Assembly (NCBI RefSeq): GCF_009914755.1
Contig: NC_060942.1
Origin: the human T2T-CHM13v2.0 reference genome, Homo sapiens
DNA length: 64,000 bases
Strand: one strand, 5' to 3'
Shown here: piece by piece, positions 29,100 through 42,669 of the stretch
Numbering within the stretch: position 1 is the stretch's first letter
Layout of the letters: each line of letters opens with the position of its first letter
Notes under the pieces: model-generated
Databases searched by the model: none
Told to the model about the DNA's origin: nothing
Seen by the model: the letters and a program-made list of their open reading frames with translations, nothing else
Position numbers and translations under genes: made by a program

Positions 29100-29620
29100 G
29101 GAGTCAGCGGGCAGGACCCGGCCTCCTTCTCCCTGGGTCTCAGCCGGGAGCACTGGCTGGCCTGTGAGTCCTGGGGAACAGATGCTCCTTCTGTGGGGTC
29201 CCCGGGCCGGCCGACCGACGGCACCGCAGGCCAGCACTGGGCACCCCGGGAGCGGCCTGGCCTGGCCCATCTCACTCACTCGGTGCTGAGCACTCCGGAG
29301 TGGGGGGTCAGCTTTGCTCCTCAGGGCTGCAGGCGGATCCTGCCGCATGGAGCTGATTCCACCTGAGGCTGAGGCCCGGGTTTCCCACCCGCCGCAGAGC
29401 AGATGAGCTCCCAGGAGGACGCCCTGGCTTCCCGCCCAGGTCATTGCGATGCCCCAGCACCTCTGGCGGGAGCGTGCCACTCACGTGGTGGCACCTGCTC
29501 CGCTGCCGCAGTTTTGTTTACAGAAATCGCTTCACACGGGGATATTATGCTGGCCTCACATGGAGGTCATGTGGTTCACGTGGTTTTAAAACATGTCTGA
29601 CAATTCCGACGCCGCTCCAT
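29100..29620. promoter_or_regulatory. CpG-rich patch with an E-box cluster
   Basis: CACGTG at 29482 and 29577, CACATG at 29557, GTCATGTG at 29566, and many CpGs. Confidence 0.45.
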
Positions 29621-30153
29621 GAAGCTGCAGAGACTAAGTGCCCGCCCTTGAACTTGGGCAGTGATTGAATAAGCATTAGGCGGGGAAAGGGAAGGGCTGG
29701 ATTGGAACCAGGTGTGTGAGTCTGCAGGTTTCTCTTGGAAAACTCTCTCTGGAGCCTTTGGGGCCATCTGAGAACTCTGGCTTCCTTGAGCCTATTGTAG
29801 GGAAACTACACGGAAGAGGAGAGAGAGAGGGGGACGGAGGGAAGAAAGGGGAAGGGAAGGGTGAGGCAGAGAGAGAGGTGCCAGAGACAGAGAGGGAGGC
29901 CCACGGTACCACTGCTGCTCCAGCCCCAGCTGCCGGGGTCTCCTCAGGCCAGGCGCTGGACACCAGAGTGGAGAGGCCTCCACAAGGACTCTGTGCTCAG
30001 CCATGTCTGCTGCACCTGCCGGAGACCCTCAGAGTGAAGGTGTTAGCTGGGCCCAGGCACACCCTAGAGCCCGAGGAGATAATAATCAACATTGATGTTA
30101 TTTTGCTTCATTAATTTTGGAGAAGTTTGTTATACAGAAACAGATGACCCGAA
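29570..30153 (+). mobile_element. MLT1G/H-like LTR
   Basis: GTGGTTTTAAAACATGTC...CCCTTGAACTTGGGC...TTTGTTATACAG.AACAGAT. Confidence 0.65.
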
Positions 30154-30487
30154 TGGTTTTCATGCAACTATTTGCCAGCATGACCAGGACAAACTTTCCC
30201 ACAAACGGACCATGCAAAAAGATGTTTAGACAACAGCCGTAACTCCACAGACTTCCTCCTGATGAGGGGGACCATACATCCTGTTTCCCCTAGGATATCC
30301 TGGTTTACATCCTCTGTCTATTTGATGCCCTTTTGCACCCCCAAAAGTTTGTATAAAAAAGTGCATGCTCTTCCTATTTCATGCACGTATTGGCGGCTCC
30401 TGTGGTTTCAGGAAACCACTACTTGGCACTGTGCTTGGCGCTATGCTAAGCCAGCTGGTGAAGATCCCAGTGCAGAAGGAGATGCAG

Positions 30488-31137
30488 TGTGTTGGGTAGA
30501 GCCATGTTCCTCCGAAAGGCACGTTCACATGCTTGTGAATGGGACCTGCTTGGGAATAGGGTCTTTGCAGCTGTGATCAAGATGAGGTTAGACTTGAGTA
30601 GGATGGGCCATAATCCAGGGACTGGTGTCCTTATAAAAGGGAACTTTGGACACAGAGACACCAACACACAGGGAGAAGGCTGTGTGGTGACGGGGCAGAG
30701 ACTGGCATGGAGCAGAGACTGGTGTGGGGCAGAGACTGGCATGGGGCAGAGACTGGCATGGGGCAGAGACTGGTGTGGGGCATAGACTGGCATGGGGCAG
30801 AGACTGGCATGGAGCAGAGACTGGCGTGGGGCATAGACTGGCGTGGGGCAGAGACTGGCATGGAGCAGAGACTGGTGTGGGGTAGAGACTGGCGTGGGGC
30901 AGAGACTGGCATGGGGCAGCCCCAAGCCAGGGAAACTGAGGCTTGCTGGGAGCCACCAGGAGCTGGAAGACAATCACAGGACCTCCTGTAGAGACATCAC
31001 AGGGATCATGGTCCTGCCGACATCTTGATTTTGAACTTCTGGCCTTCAGAACTGTGAGAGAATAATTTTCTGTGGTTTGCAGCCACCCGCCATTTGTAAT
31101 TTTTTATGGCACAAAGACAAATTAGAAAATGAACACA
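30488..31137 (+). mobile_element. MLT1B/C-like LTR interrupted by a VNTR
   Basis: AATAGGGTCTTTGCAG...GACTGGTGTCCTTATAA before the VNTR and CTTCTGGCCTTCAGAACTGTGAGAGAATAA after it. Confidence 0.85.
30692..30919. repeat. 17-bp G-rich minisatellite, ~13.4 copies
   Basis: Unit GG(G/A)GCAGAGACTGG(CAT/TGT/CGT), counted directly. Confidence 0.97.
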
Positions 31138-31511
31138 AGCAGCAAACACATCTTCCACTGACTAAGGCGATGGACTGAAGGAGAAAGTGCAGCCAGGATC
31201 AGAATTTTAATTCTGGTGACAACCGTCTGTCTCAGAAGCAGAAGCCTTCCAGGAGAAGGGGGCAACGTGGCCGCGCTGAGCCGATGCTGAGGCCTCACAG
31301 CGGGCGTCTTTCTTGCAGGCGTGTCTGTGTTAGCACTGAAGCCTACGCCCCACCCTCCTCCCCTACGTCCTGTTATTCTTGACTGTGAGATTTTGCAGAA
31401 AGCGTCGTGCTCTTTCCTCACTTGTGGAAGATGTGGTCATGGATCCCTTCGTCAGCAGTGGAAAGGAAGATTGTTTTCAACTACTGTGCTTTCCCCTACG
31501 TTTAAAAAAAG

Positions 31512-32483
31512 TTTTTATTTTTAAATTGTTTTTAGAGGTAGGGTCTCGCTCTGTCGCCAAGGCTGGAGTACAGTGGTGTGATCGTAGCTCACTGCAGCCT
31601 TGAACTACTGGGCTCTAGCCATCCTCGCGCGCTGCTACCGGAAGGAGGGCCTTGAGTGTAAGCTGTGCAGGTTCTAAGTGTTTTGAACAAAGAATTGGAC
31701 AAAATGCACAAACAAAGTAACAAAGAAGTGGAACACAGGAAGGAAGCAGCAAATGCAGGGGTGGATTACAGTGAAAAGGCACTCCTCAGGGAGGGAGTGC
31801 GTCTGAGCAAGCAGCTCGAGGGCCCAGTTACAAAGCTTTCTGGGTTTTAAGTACTTCTTTTGAGTTTCCTATCGGTCACTCCTGATCTGGATGAAGGATT
31901 TGGTCTGTGGCTAATTAAAGGCTGAGGTGAACTGGCACTCCGTGCCAATGAACGGATGGCGATGCTTGGCTCTCGGCCACTCCAAGGCACTCTCCCTTTC
32001 TCTCTGAAGCAAGGTGGAAGGGGAGGGCTGTAGGGAGAGCAGCCTTTGATCCTTTGCTACTGGGCCTGGGGAGACGGGGGAGCGGGGTCCTTTTTGGTTT
32101 AGCTTTAGGAAGTTTGTGGTACTTGGCCTTAGGTTCCCTGCCCCCAGACCCAGGTGTTTTCCTTTTGATCTAGGTTTGGGAAGTCATCACGAATTGGTCT
32201 CAGATTCCCTGCCCCCAAACCTTGGTGTTTTTCCTTGATTCAGCATGAATTAGCCTTAAGTTTCCTTCCTCCAGACCCAATTCTCCCGCCTCGACCTCAG
32301 CTTCCCAAGTAGCTGAGACCACAGATGTGTGCCACCATGCCTGGCTAATTTTTGTTTTTATTTTGTAAAGGTGAGGTCTTGCTATATTGCCTAGGCCAGT
32401 CTTGAACTCCTGTCCTTAATCAGTCCTCCCACCTGGGCCTCCCAAATTGCTGGGATTATAGGCGTGAGCCACTGTGCCTGGCC
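31512..32483 (-). mobile_element. AluJ split by an LTR insertion (pieces 31512-31632 and 32294-32483)
   Basis: The right arm stops at ...CCATCCTC and resumes at ACCTCAGCTTCCCAAGTAGCTG. Confidence 0.88.
31633..32293 (-). mobile_element. MER51/MER61-family ERV1 solo LTR nested in AluJ
   Basis: TTTTGAACAAAGAATTGGACAAAATGCACAAACAAAG and GGCCTTAGGTTCCCTGCCCCCAGACCC...TTCTCCCGCCTC. Confidence 0.8.
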
Positions 32484-32799
32484 ATTTCACACATGTTTAA
32501 GGCACTGGCTGTCTAAGGACTTAGGAAAGTTTCCCATGTGCTCCCAACACTCATGAAAGTAAAAAGGAAAATGTCTCTAGAGAGCTCTCAGAGCCTCAAT
32601 TTCATAGTTTATTGAAAGAATGATATTCAGTAGTAAAAATTAAAATTCCTTAAAACCTTAACTGTGTTTCCTTGAGTAGTTTTCCCGTGGAAAGAAATAC
32701 TCTTCCCTCAACCTAGAAATTAGAAAGGATGTGAAAACAAGAGATAAGGGGTTTGTTCTGAAACAGCTGAGCCAACGAAATTAAAAAGATGTTAGAGCA

Positions 32800-32960
32800 A
32801 TAACAACCTGTGTAAGCCTCACTTTCCTGCCTGCATAATGGGGATCGCAGCATCTAATTCCGAGGGCCATCACGCTGTTCATGAACATAGTCAGCATCCA
32901 GGCAAGCGCCTGCCACAGCAGATGCTCAAATCCAGCAGGTGCTGGTCTCATTATATCAGC
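32800..32960 (+). mobile_element. MIR fragment
   Basis: GCCTCACTTTCCTGCCTGCATAATGGGGAT core-like sequence. Confidence 0.55.
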
Positions 32961-33183
32961 AGTCATTCATCTGACATGCTTCCCATTTTAGTTATGAAAT
33001 ATAATTAAACTTCTGAAAATGATTGATATTCAACTCTTAAGTCTGAAGTACCTTCCTCAAAGACATGAATAGGGAACAATCTGAGATATTCTTATTAATA
33101 GTTTCTGCTTTTGTCACTGGGTCAATGTCTGTGGCTCAGAGCTTGCAAGTGTCTTGGAAATATACTTAGAAATGTTTCCATTA

Positions 33184-33520
<337 letters not shown>

Positions 33521-33959
33521 TTAGTGTACTGTCTTCATGGGTGTGTTCTTTATAAGACGGTTTGGGGGTTTGGGGTGGTTTTTCCAGTGGCTTCTCTGTG
33601 CATGTTTCTCTGATGTTCTTCAGCTGTGCACAGTCCCTGACTATGGGGAGCTTGGAGAGCATTTGCTCTGCCTCCTACGCTGACAATTCTTTATGAGGCT
33701 TTCCCGCAAACACCACCTTACACAAAGGCTCAGGTTGGTACCCAAGCGCTGGCCAGAAACACAGCATATCTTTTTCATGGCGTATCTCCCCTCAGGTGGA
33801 GGCCAGGGCACCATGGTTGGGTGCGACATCCATGGGTATGGTTGGATAGATGTACCCTTCAACGAGAGACACCGTGATCGCTGCACACACCATTGCTATT
33901 TCCTCACCATTGGTGGAGGTCACGGGGGTCACCTCAGGTCCTCCCTTTCCTCTCCTACC

Positions 33960-34620
33960 CTGGTTCTAGTCATCATCTCCAAAGGTCCAAGCTCATGCTG
34001 GCCTCTGCCTCTGTTCATGTCTCATCTTCACTCAGCATCCAGATACCTTTTATAGCAAAATCCTGTCATTTACCCACTTAGAAGTTTCCAGAGACCAAAA
34101 ACTTCCCACCACTCTTAGGATACAATCTGAGCTATTTAATATGTGTAAGTCTCCATGATGCAGCCCACCCGCCTTTCTGGTTCATTGGGACCATGCTCTT
34201 GCTGGCTTGCGGCACAGCCAGCCTGGCATTCACTGTCCCCAGACACACCAGGCTCCTTCCTGCACAGGGCTGTGACACCTTCCTCCTCTGCCCCCCAGAC
34301 TCAACAGGAGAACTTTGCCTCCTTCCTCCAGCTATGTTCATGTTCCAGCTCAATCTTTTCTTGGAAGGGGAGGCTTTAACAATACAATGTAAAATATAAC
34401 ACCCACCCCTGTCCTATCACCCTATTTTATATTCTTCATGGTATCTAACAATATCCGAAGTTATGGTGTTCATTTATTTACTTATTTTATTGTTTACTTG
34501 TTTTCGTGTTTATTGTCATCCTCATTTTCCAACTCCTTCCCACAGGGACTTCCCTATCTAGTTTAAAGCTTTTTCCTGAGTGTCTAGTGCTGTATTAAAC
34601 ATATAACACAATGTAATACA
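33960..34620 (+). mobile_element. L2 3' region (degraded)
   Basis: Collinear L2-like blocks (CATCATCTC, CTTAGGATA.AATC, CAGCTCAA, TCACCCTATTTTAT). Confidence 0.6.
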
Positions 34621-35760
34621 CATGTAATAAACACATAATCACCCCAACCTGCTTACTTAAGAAAATGACTTTTTGAAGACAAATTTAGGTATTTTTAAGG
34701 ATACGTTATAATCATTACTATTTCCAGAATAGATATTATCCACCAAATAAATAAAATAAATAAGCATATGATATTATTTTGCACAGGCTCTAGTTGTAAC
34801 CATTAAAATAAATTAGTAGCTCGTAGCTAATGACAAAAGGAGACATTTTCTGTCACTGGCAAATTCTTGAGAAGAAAATCAATCTTAAGTAACTTGAGTT
34901 TTAATTGTATTTGTGTCAGTATTTTCTCTATCTTGATACTTCTCTTAAATTTGCCACTTGGCATGCATGACAAATTATTTAAGCCTTAGCAAATCATGAC
35001 TTAGATAAGGGTAAAGAGATCACTAAATTTCCTGAATTCAGGGAAAGACTTTTTTTTTTTTTTTTTTTTAAAGAACATGTCCCACAGTTATGGAAACAGT
35101 GAATCTTACTGAGATTTCACCTGTGGTTGTGTTAAGGGACAGGAAATGGACATAGGATGTTCTGCTAAAAATAATTACATGGTTGTTTCCATGGAAACTG
35201 ACAAGTGAATCCTTGAATTCTTCTGAAGAACGGGAAAACAAGTAGTCAACTGTCAATCTCCCAAGTTTAGTTTAAGGTCATTTCTATAAACCCCAAATGA
35301 ATGGCCCATAACAGATCCCAGCTCCTCATGTGAGCTGTGTCAATGGAGATCAATATCCATTGTGCAGGTGCCTATAGGAGCGGCCCGGGGAGGCTGTTGG
35401 TCAATACGCCTTCAGGACAAGGCACACGCCGAACCGGAGCTCAGAATTTTAGGACTGAAAGTCCACATGTTCAAATGATTAATAATTAAATACATATCGA
35501 ACTTTGTGTGCCAAAGATCAACAAAAATATTAAAGACTAAGCTCTTCCCTTAGCTGGTTAGATTTGAAGATGACAACATTTTTAATGGGCTTTCTATTTT
35601 AGAGTTTATTCCTTTTAATTTTGAAAAAAAAGCAGGATAACATTCATCATAATAACTGTGGAACATAATATTGTTAAACACTCATGTCTTATTGATAGAC
35701 TTCTATGCACTTCCCTGATATTTGAATTAGATCTTTAATATGTAGCTGTAAGAATTTGGG

Positions 35761-36100
<340 letters not shown>

Positions 36101-37129
36101 TCACCCTGTACACATTTATTAATATGCTCCCACATACCTGACTACGTACTGTGATAGGCACTGGAATATTGTAGTGAGAAAACTCACAAAAAAAGGGGAG
36201 GGTACCTAAACTCATGGAGACAAATTTGAGTGTTTACATTTAATTGGTTATTTTTTCTTATAGCTCTCTCCTTTTCAGCTTCAAATAACTCTATGTTTCT
36301 TTGCTTCTTTTCCATTTAAAATTTCACATCTGGTCATTGCTCTCTGATTTTCCATAGAAAAGACAATTATTTAGTGTCAGGATACTCTAGACGATGACAT
36401 TTTGGCAAGCAAGTAGTTGTAATGGAAAAATAAATATTGAGCTAAATATCAGAAGATTTATCTGCATCATTGTCTATGTAATCCCACGTCTTCCTTCCTC
36501 ACGCAAACAAGGAAATGTACTGACTAATTTTTATCACCTTTAAAATAAGAAAAGCTACTTCGTACTCTTTCTCATAGGACGATTGGGAGTTGCAAGTCAG
36601 GTGTTTTTCCGAAGTGCCTTGAGAATTGTTACAATAGGTACATGATGTCTTAGAGCATGCCGTGGAGCTTGCACTCAAATCCACCTCCTGACAATCAGCC
36701 CCGACTGCACCAGGACGCCCGTGATCTGAGAACCGGCACAGCTTCCTGTCTGGCCTTTGTAACAGGCATTCGGCGAGCCACCTGGGGAGCCCTCGCAAGA
36801 TCCTCTTTCAAGATGTGCATTTTCCTCCTGACATTTGCCTTTCCTCACCCACCTCACATTTCTCACCATTCATGCTGGCATTGTGCTCATAGACCCTGGC
36901 AAAGAGGTGGCAGGTTGCAAAACAGAAATAGCAGGGCTGTTGGCATTCATTCTCCAATAACCTGGCTCTTAGATAAAGGAGATTAGAGAGCACAAAGAAA
37001 TTACCTTGGACAGAAGCGTGCAGGAGATGTAGGTTTTGCTGCCAACTTCGGGTAAATAGTGTGATGTTGCTGTCTCCATCGTCTTATGTGGCATTAAGAT
37101 GAAACATTTTTGGGTTATAAATATAAATA

Positions 37130-37553
37130 TCTATTGTATACTACTCAGTAATAAACAGGAGCAAAATATTGACACACTCAAGAATTCGAGTGAATGTGCA
37201 GAGAATCATGCTGAGCCAAGAAAACCAATCGCAAAAGTTAACATTCTGTATGATTCATTTTCATGACATTCTTGAGATGACAAGATTATAGATGTGGAGA
37301 ATAGATCAGTGGCTGCCAAGGGCTAAGGAGCCACTGGGGTGGGAGCGAAGTGGATTTGGCTGTGAAAGGCAGCAGGCGGGACCCTTCTGGTGGCAGATGT
37401 TCCCTGTCTGGACCGGGTCGATGCCAACATCCTGGCCAGGAGACTGCATTATGGCTTTGTCAAGACACTACTCCTGCGGTGGGAGGGGATCTCCCTGCAA
37501 GATTTCTTACAACTTCATGTGAATCTTCAATGATCTCAAAATAAAAAGTTAAA
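37130..37553 (+). mobile_element. L1MC/L1MD 3' end
   Basis: TACTACTCAGTAATAAA...TGTATGATTC...CAGTGGCTGCCAAGGG...TCTCAAAATAAAAAGTT. Confidence 0.75.
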
Positions 37554-37636
37554 ACATTTATTTATTGCACTGTTTACATTTATACTCACTACACAGCTTT
37601 TCATTAACTTTATAAAGATGTAAGAAAAAATAAGCA

Positions 37637-37948
37637 GGCCGGGTGCGGTGGCTCACGCCTGTAATCCCAGCACTTTGGGAGGCCGAGGCAGGCGGATCAC
37701 GAGGTCAGGAGATCGAGACCACGGTGAAACCCCATCTCTACTAAAAATACAAAAAAAGTTAGCCAGGCGTGGTGGCGGGTGCCTGTAGTACCAGCTACTC
37801 AGGAGGCTGAGGCAGGAGAATGGCGTGAACCCGGGAGGCAGAGCTTGCAGTGAGCCGAGATCACGCCACTGCACTCCAGCCTGGGCTACAGAGCAAGACT
37901 CCGTCTCAAAAAAAAAAAAAATAATTAATAATAATAATAATAATAATA
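37637..37948 (+). mobile_element. AluY with a 12-bp left-arm deletion (AluYd-like) and an A/(AAT)n tail
   Basis: GAGATCGAGACC|ACGGTGAAACCC lacks ATCCTGGCTAAC. Confidence 0.9.
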
Positions 37949-38525
37949 GCAAAACCCTGAATACCAGCTTTTGGCTCAGCTGCTATCTATCAGAGCTTCT
38001 TTTTCTCCATGCATGCTGCGGGCTAGATCTTTAGATGTCCCCCAAGGTTTTCTGTGCCGTGACACACACACGTGCCATCAGTTCCAGGGGCTGGGGATTC
38101 AAACAGATTTTACTCCTATGATCAGGTTATATCTTAAGGCACCATTGAGCATACAACGCAGAGAGTATCTGTGTGGACTGGACCTATTCCCATGATCCCT
38201 TTAAAAGATAAGTTTTCTCTGACTGGTTGCAGAAGGAGAGCTGGGCGTGCAATTTCTGATTCTCTAATTGGATTTAATTGTGGACATGACCTATAAGAAA
38301 TAAGAGCAGAAGTTCATGCTGGGAAGAGGCTGAGATGGAAATTGAGTAGGCAAGATGAGAAAATGTTTCATGGGACTAAATAGCTGAGCAAACAGCAATG
38401 GATGATGTAGAGCTTACAGATTAACCTTGGCTAAATTCTATAATCATTACAAGTGTACACTATTGATGCAAGTTCAATGGATCCAATTAGATAATCAGGA
38501 ATTAACTTTAGGATATATAAGGGTT

Positions 38526-38839
38526 GGCTGGGTGAGGTGGCTCACACCTGTAATCCCAGCACTTTGAGAGGCCGAGGTGGGTGGATCACTTGAGGTCAGG
38601 AGTTCAGGACCACCCTGGCCAACATGGTGAAACCCCATCTCCAATAAAAAATACAAAATTAGCTGGGCGTGGTGGCGGGCACCTGTAATCCCAGCTACTT
38701 GGGATGCTGAGGCAGGAGAACTGCTTGAACCCGGGAGGTGGAAGTTGCAGTGCAGTGAGCCGAGATTGTGCCACTGCACTCCAGCCAGGGCGACAAGAGC
38801 AAAACTCCATCTCAAAAAAAAAAAAAAAAAAAAAAAAAA
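38526..38839 (+). mobile_element. AluSq/Sp-like with TSD
   Basis: GCGACAAGAGCAAAACTCC. ATATATAAGGG flanks both ends. Confidence 0.93.
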
Positions 38840-39837
38840 GGGAATATATAAGGGCTTAGTGCCTCATTAAGGAGGCATAAAAATGAAAACATAGAATATT
38901 ATTTTTGAAGCATAAGTATATTTGATTATACTTACGGATAAGGTTGGATTTTTACTTATGGATAAATACTGTAAAAAATGTAGACCTGCAAGGAATATGG
39001 ACTAATCTTCCAGCTTTAACAATTACAAATATTTTGGCAATAGTGTCCATCTACTTTACACTTGTTTATTGTGCTTTGCCAAGCAAATCTAAGGGATTGT
39101 CTCGACCAGCCCTAAATAGTTCTCCAATAAACATCTCTAATGAATAAGAACTTTTAAAGTTGAATCACCATGTCATTATATCTAACACAATTAAGTCTTT
39201 TATCTTATACTGAGCTATTAGTCATTTAAAAATACTTTCTAGTGAAACTATAAAAATTCATGATACACTAAATGAAAAACATGATTCACTTCCTCTGAGA
39301 ATTATAGTATTGTTACTATAGGTACCTATTTGCACTGAAAAACAAGACAGAAATGCAGAAAAATGTTAATAATGGTTAATTGGTAGTGGGATTTTTGTAT
39401 TTTTCTTCCTTATGATTTTTCTTATTTTTCTGAATTTTCTGAAATAAGCATGTACTTATTTATGTCTAAAGTATTATTTATAAATAGAAGTTACAGAACA
39501 TTTCTCTTAGCACAGAAACATATTTAAAAATATTTGATGAAACATCAACATGAATAGCCTTACAGCATCCATAATTTGTACGATATTTCTCAAACACTTT
39601 TGCTCCATTAAAGGCTTTGTTTTGATTTGTGACTAAATCTGCAACCTATTGTATTTGACATTGTTGCATTAGAGATATAAAAGTTTCACGTGTATCAAAT
39701 TACATTAATTTAGCCTTTGTGTAGTGAGTGACAGGTCTACCAAAGCAATCAGCTCAATGTCATCTAAAAGGTAAGTAAAGAGAAAATATGAGGAGGCTTG
39801 TAGCTGTTCTATGATTGCTTAGAAGAGAATGGATGTT

Positions 39838-40250
39838 TTTTATTGAGACTATTTGATTCTTTTATCTTTTCTTCTTTATTAGTCTTGCTAGCGGTCTGTC
39901 AATTTTGTTGATCTTTTCAAAAACCAGCTCCTGGATTCATTGATTTTTTGAAGGGTTTTTGTGTCTCTATCTCCTTCAGTTCTGCTCTGATCTTAGTTAT
40001 TTCTTGCCTTCTGCTAGCTTTTGAATGTGTTTGCTCTTGCTTCTCTAGTTCTTTTAATTGTGATGTTACGGTGTCAATTTTAGATCTTTCCCGCTTTCTC
40101 TTGTGGGAATTTAGTGCTATAAATTTCCCTCTACACTCTGCTTTAAATGTGTCCCAGAGATGCTGGTAAGACCAACATGGCACACGTATGCATACGTAAC
40201 AAACCTGCACATTGTGCACATGTACCCTAGAACTTAAATTTAAAAAAAAA
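39838..40250 (+). mobile_element. Short 5'-inverted L1PA (antisense ORF2 piece plus sense 3' tip) with 17-bp TSD
   Basis: TSD AGAAGAGAATGGATGTT at 39821-39837 and 40250-40266. Inversion junction at ~40168-40170. Confidence 0.93.
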
Positions 40251-41307
40251 GAAGAGAATGGATGTTAATTTGGAGCTCTCTGTAGAGCAGATTTACTGGA
40301 AGTGGCTTTGGAAATAATCAAAATAATGAACTAGCTAGAGGAAGAGCAACTTTCTGTACCAATTTAACACTTACTCATAAACTTCACTTTGCCCGAGGGA
40401 ACTGAAATGTTTACCAGAGATGCATGTCCAAGCCTTCCAGAGCTCACGCTGAGGTCTCCTCAGTCAACGTTAGCCTTCAGGTGTTGTTACCTACAGGCAT
40501 AAAGTGTCCAAGTGGTTGATTTGGGAGACTTCCTGAACAAGCTTCCAATCAATTTAGATTTGTAGCTGATTTTGTTTAATCTGAAGACGGCTACACTTGA
40601 CTTTGCTTCTGGCTTGGTAATTTTCCCATTGCTACTGAAAATCCATATTTAATTTTGAAAAAAAATCACTTCAATTTTCTTGAGAACATTTGTTCCTATT
40701 TAATTTTTGGCTTACGGGCCAGAGAAAATAATTTTTTAACTTCTACTAAAAATGTAATACAGTCACAGAATGGCTTACAAGTCTGCATAAAAGTTAACAG
40801 GACTGTAAAGTTTAAATTATCCAACATGCCTTTCGAATATTTTAATTTACAGCATTATGGAAAATGATTATTTCTGAAAACCATAATCATTTCTTTGGTG
40901 GTTTTTATTCAGATTACAAAGAAAGTCTTATGAAGATAATTTATCAATAAATTTTATAATTTGGTTTCTTAATGTCCTGTGATATTAACTTAATCTACTT
41001 GACATTTATTATGTACTTAAGACCTTCCTTAGTGTTTCAGACAGACTCTAACCTATAAAATCTTGTTTTAACTATAACTATTGATCATAACACCGGTATC
41101 TATTTGGGATAATGACCTTGTGGCTGGGTTTCATTAACTCGCACTCTGAGTAATTATGCAATAGCACAATATTGCACTTTAGGGAACTTGTATTCATATA
41201 ACTTGCTGAGCTTTATAGAATACAGTATTTTTGAAGCTATCTTGTTAGGAGGACAGCCTTTTAAACCCATAAACATATAAAATGGACTTTTAAAAATGAG
41301 ACAAACA

Positions 41308-41602
<295 letters not shown>

Positions 41603-42669
41603 AAAAATGAGACAAACAGACAAAGAAGTAGTCTATTCAAAGAAACCCTGGAATTATTTCCCAGGTGTAGAGGAGAGCTTGCTAATGGGTAGGGAGGAAG
41701 CTGCAGTAAAAATGAAGTGACAATGGCAGCTCTTTTTCATTGTGTGGTATTCAGTGTGGTGAATAATCAGTCATTACCAGAGCAAAAACACAATATATAT
41801 CATCATTTAATGTTTTTAGCCTTTAAAAAAGAGTGCTGAGAGAATAATGAAAAAAATCCTTTTTAAAACATTTAGGCCAAAATTCTGGCATTTAAGAGAC
41901 AGAGAAAGCAATTGTGATTATCCCTGGATCCTTGTGAAATGAAATGAAGCAGATTAGCAAAGCCCAGAGTTTCGCGAATGTCCACAAAGTCATGCTTGCC
42001 ATTCACGATGAGCTCCTGCTTTAACATGCGAGCTCTCCACTTACCTTGCTGATATCTGCACCTTCTAAAACATGGCTTCATTCCCAACAATGTGTATTGT
42101 AATTAATATTAATTTTATTCCTCAAATATATAAAATAGCTTTAAAGTATATTACTAACATTACTATAAACAAGGAGAACTGCTACATGAATTTTAAGCGT
42201 ATGTGAAACTCTATTTGACTTTAGAATATATCCCACTATGGGGGTGCACTCAAAATACTGTGTCGTAAAGTTCCTGGAAATCCCTCCTCTGCTGTGGCTG
42301 TTGTCGTTGATGATGTGACCAACTTGATAGTCTGGCTCACGTTTTCTAGGTTTCATTTTAACTTTAGAACTTGCTCAGTTTCATTTGGATTTTATTATAG
42401 TTTTTAAAAATGTGAACTATTTTTTATTATAAAAAATATATAAATGTTTTTATTCTTGTCTACTGTTTCCTCTTTTTCTTTATACGTAAACATTTGTATA
42501 GTTTTGGTTATTCTTCTAAGTGCTATTTTTTTCAGATTAAAATAAATATGTGTAACTCGACAGATAATTAGGATTTGCTCTGTCTCCCTTTTATTTTTTC
42601 TTTGTCTCTTGATTTACCAATTTATCTAGGTAAATACTTTTATGTGTATAAATATAGACACATAGAGAT

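Noticed and set aside
30343-30361. AAAAGTTTGTATAAAAAAG resembling a lambda/Gateway attB1 site
   Set aside because: A short, low-complexity partial match with no vector sequence or partner site; consistent with chance.
30446-31028. Stacked repetitive ORFs (HASLCPTPVSAP...)
   Set aside because: Artefacts of the 17-bp minisatellite.
42038-42070. Strong minus-strand donor AAG|GTAAGT
   Set aside because: No convincing matching acceptor or promoter nearby; isolated motifs are common by chance.
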